A stretch of DNA of 64,000 bases, taken from positions 320,001 through 384,000 of the forward strand of contig CAWGAA010000003.1 in the NCBI GenBank assembly GCA_963820525.1, read 5' to 3'. The position numbers were made by a program, and so were the translations under genes. Source of the DNA: an uncultured Spirochaetota bacterium (GTDB lineage Bacteria > Spirochaetota > Spirochaetia > SZUA-6 > Fen-1364). Shown here in pieces: positions 58,461-64,000 of the stretch; position 1 is the first letter of the stretch, and every line of letters begins with the position of its first letter. Below the pieces are notes generated by a model. The model did not search any database and was not told where the DNA came from. It saw only the letters and a program-made list of their open reading frames with translations.

Positions 58461-59228
58461 GTGGTGCAAACCAGGGTGTATTCGGACCGCGCCGCCATGG
58501 CTTTTGCCGCCGGCGACCTCGTGCTCAAAAGGATTCTTGCCGCCCTGGAGGCGCGCCGGCGCGCCGCAATCGTCCTTTCCGGCGGAACCACGCCGAGGGA
58601 AACCTACAGGCTTCTGGCGCGTGCCATCGTGGATGAACGGGTCCCGGTGGAGAGGCTGCTGTGGATCCTCGCCGACGAGCGCTGGGTGCCCGTCACGCAC
58701 CCCGGCAGCAATGAGGGCATGATCCGCGAAGCGCTCCTCGCCCCCATCGGCGCGCCGGAAGATTCCATCCTGTCATGGCAGGCGGGAAGCGGAGATCCTG
58801 TGGAGCGCGCGGACCGATACGGCAAGGAGGTGAGTTCCCGAATGGCGGGCGGAGACAGGCCCGACATTCTGGTCCTCGGCATGGGGGCAGACGGCCACAC
58901 CGCCTCGCTTTTTCCCGGCGCAACAGCGATACTGTCCGACGGCAGGAGGATGGCCGTTTGCGCCGACATCCCCGGCGTGAGCGTCGCAGTCCTTCGCCGC
59001 GACGGGACATGGAGGCTGAGCCTCTGCCCCTGGTTCATGAATACGGCGCGTCTGGCCGCATTTCTCGTGGCGGATGCCCAGAAGCGGGAGAAGCTCGAAG
59101 CGGCGCGGCATCGTGACCCGGACGTGCCCGCCTCCTGGATCCGGGGCGAGGAAACGTTGTTTCTCACGACGCGGGAAGTCCAGGGAGAAGGGCCGCCGGA
59201 TCTCGGAGGGGAGGTGCGCTTCGCGTGA
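58461..59228 (+). CDS. pgl: 6-phosphogluconolactonase
   Basis: LSGGTTP, DERWVP..SN, LGMGADGHTASLFP. Confidence 0.92.
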   Translation: MVQTRVYSDRAAMAFAAGDLVLKRILAALEARRRAAIVLSGGTTPRETYRLLARAIVDERVPVERLLWILADERWVPVTHPGSNEGMIREALLAPIGAPEDSILSWQAGSGDPVERADRYGKEVSSRMAGGDRPDILVLGMGADGHTASLFPGATAILSDGRRMAVCADIPGVSVAVLRRDGTWRLSLCPWFMNTARLAAFLVADAQKREKLEAARHRDPDVPASWIRGEETLFLTTREVQGEGPPDLGGEVRFA

Positions 59229-60034
59229 GCGGCCGCGGAAAGGAAGAAACGGGCATGGATGAGAGGTTGAGCGCTTTCGTGCGCTCGCTCTACTTCGACA
59301 TTCACAGAATCGACGGAGTAAACCCCCTGGAGATCTGGAACGGAATCCGGGAGATCTCCGATCCCTTCGAGAGGACCAGCCTCATCAAGAACCTCTTCAA
59401 GATCGTGATACCGCTGGTCAACGGGGAGATGTTCGACATGCCGTTCGCGGAGCAATCCCGGGCGGCCAGGCGGGCCGTCTCGTCGCTTTTTGCCCTCTAC
59501 CGGGAAGACCCCGTTTCATCAATTTTCAGCCGCTTCCCCGATCCCCCCGTCAGAGACGAGGACCAGAAGGCCCTCTATGCCGCCGTCAAGTCGGATGCGC
59601 TCCCGCTGGCCAAGGAGGCCGCGAAAAAGGCCGCCGGAAATCCGCCGGAGAGCCTCTTCCGCGGCGGCCTTTTCGATCTTCGGGAGATGAGGGTGGTTGA
59701 CAACGAGCTTCCCTACATCATCTTCACGGACAAGGAGTTTCGGGTCATCCATGGAATGGTAATCGTCTATCTCTGGCTCATCGACCTCGGCCCGGCCTTC
59801 CTGTCGACGCTGGAGGACAACGGCGTGGGCGGAGAAATCCCGGACGAATACCGTCGCTTCGATCGGCGGGTGTTGAAGGAAGCGCCCCTTGTGATCCAGG
59901 GAAAAAAGATCGAGCCGAGCGCCCTTGCCTCGCGCCTCGGAGAGAAGCTGAAGTACGAGGAATACCACGACGTGTTCGAAGCCGTGTACCGGTGGCTCGA
60001 GGGGGCGCGGGAGCGGTTCGACTCTCAGGGCTGA
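59225..60034 (+). CDS. Hypothetical protein
   Basis: Coupled to the pgl stop; host-like codon usage; start could be 59255. Confidence 0.7.
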   Translation: MSGRGKEETGMDERLSAFVRSLYFDIHRIDGVNPLEIWNGIREISDPFERTSLIKNLFKIVIPLVNGEMFDMPFAEQSRAARRAVSSLFALYREDPVSSIFSRFPDPPVRDEDQKALYAAVKSDALPLAKEAAKKAAGNPPESLFRGGLFDLREMRVVDNELPYIIFTDKEFRVIHGMVIVYLWLIDLGPAFLSTLEDNGVGGEIPDEYRRFDRRVLKEAPLVIQGKKIEPSALASRLGEKLKYEEYHDVFEAVYRWLEGARERFDSQG

Positions 60035-62331
60035 GCGCGGCAGGCGCGGATGGCGTCGACGAGCGCGCGGGGGGAGCCGCCCTTGCTGACGGAGCCGGAC
60101 GCCCCAGCTTCCCGCATGACATCGGCAAACTCGCGCTCATCGTACATCGAGAGCGCGATGACGCAGATTTCAGGGCGGCTCGCGCGCAGAGCGCGCGTCG
60201 CCTCGATTCCTCCCATCCCCGGCATCTGCATGTCCATGAGAACGACGTCGGGGCGAAGCTTGCCCGCGAGATCCAGCGCGGCCTCTCCCGAATCCGCCTC
60301 CCCGACCACCTCGATTCCCGGCTCCTGGGAGAGAAGCTCCGCCAGCCCGCGCCGCGCTATCCTGTGGTCGTCCGTGATGAGCACGCGGATGACAGGCGCG
60401 CCCTCTGCTGGGGACGGATCGCCTTTCTCTTCGGCATCCGGCCGCCTTTCCGGATTCCCGGCAGAGCTTTCCCGGGAGCCGTCGAGAGGGACACTCAGGC
60501 TGAAGACGCTCCCCTTTCCGGGAGCGCTGCGTATCTCCATCTTTCCGCCGAGCAGACTCAAACGCTCGCGAATGTTGAAAAGCCCGAACCCGCCCGCTAC
60601 GGCCTTCTTGTCCAGGTGAGTGGGATCGAAGCCGCTTCCGCGGTCCGAGACGAGGATGCGAAGCTCTCCGCCGGAAAAGGAAACCTCCAATCCGGCGGAT
60701 TTGACACCGGCGTGCTTGACCACGTTGAGCAGGAGCTCGCGCACGGCCTGAAAGAGAAGCACCGTGATGTCATTCGCGGCCGGCGGCGTGTCTTCGGCAA
60801 CCTTCAACCGGACGGACAGCCCATGGGTCTGCGACATCCAGCGCACCAGCCATCCGAGCGCCGAGATCAGGCTGCCCTCGCTCAAGGCCGGAGGGTTGAG
60901 CTCAGAGGTGAAGGAGCGGGAAACTTCTAGGGATTGGGCCAAGAGCTCCTCCGCCCTCCCCACCTCCTCCCGCGCCTCCTCGCCCGCCTTGAGCTTTACG
61001 ATCTCCACCTGGTAGCGGGCTCCCACAAGAAGCTGCTGCAGATCGTCATGAAGGACTTGCGCCAGGCGGCGGCGCTCCCGCTGCTCGGCGAGGCCGAGCT
61101 CTCCCACCAGCCTTCGAAGCAGGAAGGCCAGACGTTCCAGTTCTTCGTTGGTCTCCCGCAGCTTCTCCTCGGCGCGCGTGCGGGTGGCCGCCTCAAGCCT
61201 CATCTCGCTCACGCTCCTTGTCAGCTCCGCCGTTCGCTCCTTGACGCGCTTCTCCAGCTCCGCCTTTGCCTGGCGGAGCGCCTTCTCCGCGCCGATGCGC
61301 TCCATGGCAATGGATACCTGGTCCGTCATGGTCTTCATCAGCGCCACGTCATCCTGGGAAAACGTGCCGCGCGTTCTGGTTCCGAATGAGAGGGTCCCGA
61401 TCACCTTCCCTCGAGCAATAAGGGGATGACAGCAGTAGGCCTTCAGCCTGAAGGAACGTGCGAGCTCCGCCCGTGGATCCGCCCCGCTGTCTATATTCTC
61501 AGCAACAATGGGCGCTCCGTCCCTGGCAACGATTCCGCAAATGGCCTGGCCGTAGGCGATCTCCCTTATCCCGTCCGCCTGGCTCTTCGTGATCCCCAGG
61601 GAGGCGTTCAGCCGCAGGCGCTCGCTGTTGGCAACCGACAGGAAATTCAGGCATACCTGGCAGTCGAGGATCTCCATGACCCTGGCGCAAAGGGACCTGA
61701 CGATGCTCTGCGGCGCGTGGGATTGAAGGAGCCGGCTCGCGGTCTCGCTCAAGACCTCGAACCTTTCCATACTGGCTTTCAATAGCTCCTGCTGCCGCTC
61801 GAGCCTTTCCACCATGCCCAGGGACGCCTCCAGCTCGGAAAGGTCGGAGGCAACGATGCAGATGCACGGATTGTCAGCCAGGCCGAGGAAGCTTGCCGAG
61901 AAGTGAGCGGGCACCGGCCCCCTCGCCGCGGCGAACACGATGCGTGCCTTCACCGGCGAACGCTCGGCGTTCGCCAGGAGCCGGGAGAGATTGTCGCGGT
62001 CTTCAGCGGCAACGAAATCGGCCAGGGGCCGCCCGATCAGAAGCTCGAGCGGCTTGCCGAGCATCCTGCTCAATTGGCCGTTGGAATGGAGAATGGTGCC
62101 ATCCAGTGTGACCGTGAAGGCCGCCTCACTCATCGTTTGGATGATGAGCCGGTACACGGCGTCGGAGCCTGAAATTGAAAAGATCTGCTCTCCGCGGGTG
62201 CCGGAGACGACGATCGCGTCCACTTCGCCCTCGCGGATGGCGCGCAGCGCTTCCTCCGCCTCCTGGAGGCGCCGCGTGAGCTCTTCCATCCCCGCCTTCG
62301 GCTGGCGCCGGGCGCGCCGTGTGCCTTTCAT
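60025..62331 (-). CDS. Hybrid sensor kinase PAS-GAF-HisKA_3-HATPase-REC
   Basis: LHDDLQQLL, NVVKHA, DRGSGFD, GFGLFNIRER; C-terminal receiver DMQMPGMGG. Confidence 0.9.
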   Translation of the reverse strand: MKGTRRARRQPKAGMEELTRRLQEAEEALRAIREGEVDAIVVSGTRGEQIFSISGSDAVYRLIIQTMSEAAFTVTLDGTILHSNGQLSRMLGKPLELLIGRPLADFVAAEDRDNLSRLLANAERSPVKARIVFAAARGPVPAHFSASFLGLADNPCICIVASDLSELEASLGMVERLERQQELLKASMERFEVLSETASRLLQSHAPQSIVRSLCARVMEILDCQVCLNFLSVANSERLRLNASLGITKSQADGIREIAYGQAICGIVARDGAPIVAENIDSGADPRAELARSFRLKAYCCHPLIARGKVIGTLSFGTRTRGTFSQDDVALMKTMTDQVSIAMERIGAEKALRQAKAELEKRVKERTAELTRSVSEMRLEAATRTRAEEKLRETNEELERLAFLLRRLVGELGLAEQRERRRLAQVLHDDLQQLLVGARYQVEIVKLKAGEEAREEVGRAEELLAQSLEVSRSFTSELNPPALSEGSLISALGWLVRWMSQTHGLSVRLKVAEDTPPAANDITVLLFQAVRELLLNVVKHAGVKSAGLEVSFSGGELRILVSDRGSGFDPTHLDKKAVAGGFGLFNIRERLSLLGGKMEIRSAPGKGSVFSLSVPLDGSRESSAGNPERRPDAEEKGDPSPAEGAPVIRVLITDDHRIARRGLAELLSQEPGIEVVGEADSGEAALDLAGKLRPDVVLMDMQMPGMGGIEATRALRASRPEICVIALSMYDEREFADVMREAGASGSVSKGGSPRALVDAIRACRAQP

Positions 62332-62669
62332 TTTTTCGGCTTCAAGTCCAGCCCGACGAGGACCTTGTCCTTGTTCGCCATGTCGCCGATCAGCCGGCGA
62401 AGCGGAAGGGGAAGTTTTTTGATGAGCGTTGGGGCTGCAATGATCTGCTCTCCCCTGGCCAGCGTCGGCTGCTGGTAGATGTCGATGACCTCAAGCGTGT
62501 AGCGTCCCTTGAGGTACTCATCACAGATCTCCGTCACCGCGCGGATAGCCTCCCTGGATTTGGTGCTCAGCCCCGCCACGTAGAGCTTCAGGGAATACCT
62601 GGTCTTGCCTTCCCGGCGCGCCGCGGACGCCAGCGCCTTTTTCGCGCCGTTCTTCTTGTCCGAAGGCAT
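62328..62669 (-). CDS. kaiB: KaiB-like protein
   Basis: YSLKLYVAG..YTLEVIDI..IIAAPTLIKKLPLPLRRLIGD. Confidence 0.93.
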   Translation of the reverse strand: MPSDKKNGAKKALASAARREGKTRYSLKLYVAGLSTKSREAIRAVTEICDEYLKGRYTLEVIDIYQQPTLARGEQIIAAPTLIKKLPLPLRRLIGDMANKDKVLVGLDLKPKK

Positions 62670-62686
62670 GCCCCTCTCTCCTTTCC

Positions 62687-62908
62687 TCAAGGCCTCCGCC
62701 GCAGGTCGAGGCCTACGAGGAGGCGTTCCGTATCCGAAAGGTCCCCGATGATCTTCCTCACGGGCTCGGGCAGCTTTCGAACCAGGGTGGGAACCGCGAC
62801 TATCTGGTCTCCCCGCTCAAGCCGAGGCTCGACCAGCAGGTCAATGACCTCGATGTTGTAGCGGCCCGCCAGGTGCTCCTCACAAACGCGCCGTAAGTTT
62901 TCAAAGGC
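62687..62908 (-). pseudogene. kaiB: Second kaiB lacking its 5' end
   Basis: Hand translation AFENLRRVCEEHLAGRYNIEVIDLL..IVAVPTLVRKLPEPVRKIIGDLS; no start and no LYVAG. Confidence 0.85.
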
Positions 62909-62910
62909 TC

Positions 62911-63340
62911 CTTCAGGACGCGCAGGCGCCTTGTAGAGATCTGGTTGGAAACCCGATGGTCGAGGAGGATCACGCAGTCGCTCACGTACTCCTCCAGGCC
63001 GTGCCGGGTAAGGCTGTTCACCCCCTTCTCCCCGGTGATTATGGAAGTGACGCCGCGTTCCTTCAGCCAGCGGAACAATCGGCGCAACTCCGCCCGCAGG
63101 ATCGCCTCGTTAGGGATGCCGGTAAAAAGGGCCTCGACGGTATCCAGCACGACCCGCCTGGCCCCGATCTCGCGAATCAGGCTGTCCAGGCGGATGAAAA
63201 GCCCTTCCAGGTCATACTCGCCGGTCTCTTCGATTTCGCTTCTTTCTATATGAACATAATCCACGGCGAGCTTGTTCTTTTTGACCAGGTCGTGAAGATC
63301 GAAGCCAAGGCGCGACGCTGGAAACTTTCCGATCCGGCAT
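62911..63340 (-). pseudogene. kaiC: kaiC remnant (middle of the CI domain only)
   Basis: EETGEYDLEGLFIRL..RVVLDTVE..GLEEYVSDCVILL..RRLRVLK; Walker A and the CII domain are absent. Confidence 0.85.
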
Positions 63341-63679
63341 AATGGTCCCTCTATTTGCAGCACGGTCGAGTCCGAAACATTGGGACGACTACCTGCAGAT
63401 CGTATCACAGCGGCAACGTGCACGCAACGCTGTCCCGGCGGCGGCTACGACTTTTTCCGCCCCTTCTCCTTAGCGGGGATCTCCTTCCCAACCACCGAAG
63501 TCAGTCGTGATGTTCGCACGGATCGTGAGCATGCAGCTTCACTCAGCTGCGGTCCCCTCCTGGTATGAGGTCGATGACCCTCTTTTTCCAGAGCTTCACC
63601 TTGGAGCGGTGGGCGCCGCGGGCGATCCGTTTATAGCGGTATTGTTCTTCGCATTGGGCTGACCGCAAGTCAGGGCCTC

Positions 63680-63717
63680 TTGACAAATTGTACTAATACA
63701 ATTATTATTGTATTAGT
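63680..63717 (+). promoter_or_regulatory. Promoter with overlapping palindromic operator
   Basis: TTGACA-N17-TATTAT; ACTAATACAAT-N4-ATTGTATTAGT at 63692-63717. Confidence 0.75.
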
Positions 63718-63785
63718 TTTCTAGTACATTTAGCGATTGATATAGTACAAATCGATTTCGCCAGAGGTCTGAGAGCGGGGGAGCC

Positions 63786-64000
63786 ATGAGAGACGCGGAG
63801 CAGAAATGGCACGTCGAGAGACCACCGTTCCTGAAGGAGTTGGGGACCAGTTTCGCCCTGGATACGAAAAGCGGTGTCCCGTTTTACAGGCAGATCATCC
63901 AGCTTGTGGAGAGAATCACCGTGGAGAGGAAGCTCAAGCCGGGTGACAGGCTTCCCACGATCCGCGCCCTTTCCATCGCGCTGAAGGTGAACCCCAACAC
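63786..64000 (+). CDS. GntR family (YtrA-like) regulator, runs off the window
   Basis: SGVPFYRQII..LKPGDRLPTIRALS..LKVNPNT. Confidence 0.88.
   Translation, partial: MRDAEQKWHVERPPFLKELGTSFALDTKSGVPFYRQIIQLVERITVERKLKPGDRLPTIRALSIALKVNPN

Overview
GC-rich bacterial chromosome segment, most likely Spirochaetia judging from 16S sequence features, tRNA-Ala without encoded CCA and groEL without groES. The flanks are housekeeping genes: glnE, mntH, usp, ytxJ, yhhQ and a fused trkH-trkA on the left; pgsA, thrS with a Thr T-box, tkt, secDF-yajC, groEL, birA, zwf-opcA-pgl and a decayed kaiC-kaiB-kaiB-hybrid kinase cluster on the right. The centre is a minus-strand rRNA operon (16S-tRNA-Ala-23S-5S) whose 3' end occurs repeatedly. 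There are three 5S genes, one with a 75-nt structured insertion in loop D, and a second copy of the last ~570 nt of 23S. The two 23S-3'/5S copies bracket a ~21 kb island. It holds an ISCR/IS91-like rolling-circle transposon abutting the 23S breakpoint, an 11-gene sugar/polyol uptake and catabolism operon, and a ~280-bp internally deleted copy of the same transposon. This topology mirrors ISCR1 complex integrons, with rDNA as the apparent homology arm; mis-assembly at rRNA repeats is the main alternative. The transposase is split by nested insertions (IS110 containing IS5, IS1380 and IS3) that can be resolved to the base. The IS110 left end carries a recognisable bridge-RNA-like structure with guides matching its own junctions. 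A family of GC-rich hairpin modules recurs in the rRNA spacers, the 5S insertion and the thrS upstream region. All calls come from reading the sequence; no database searches were run.
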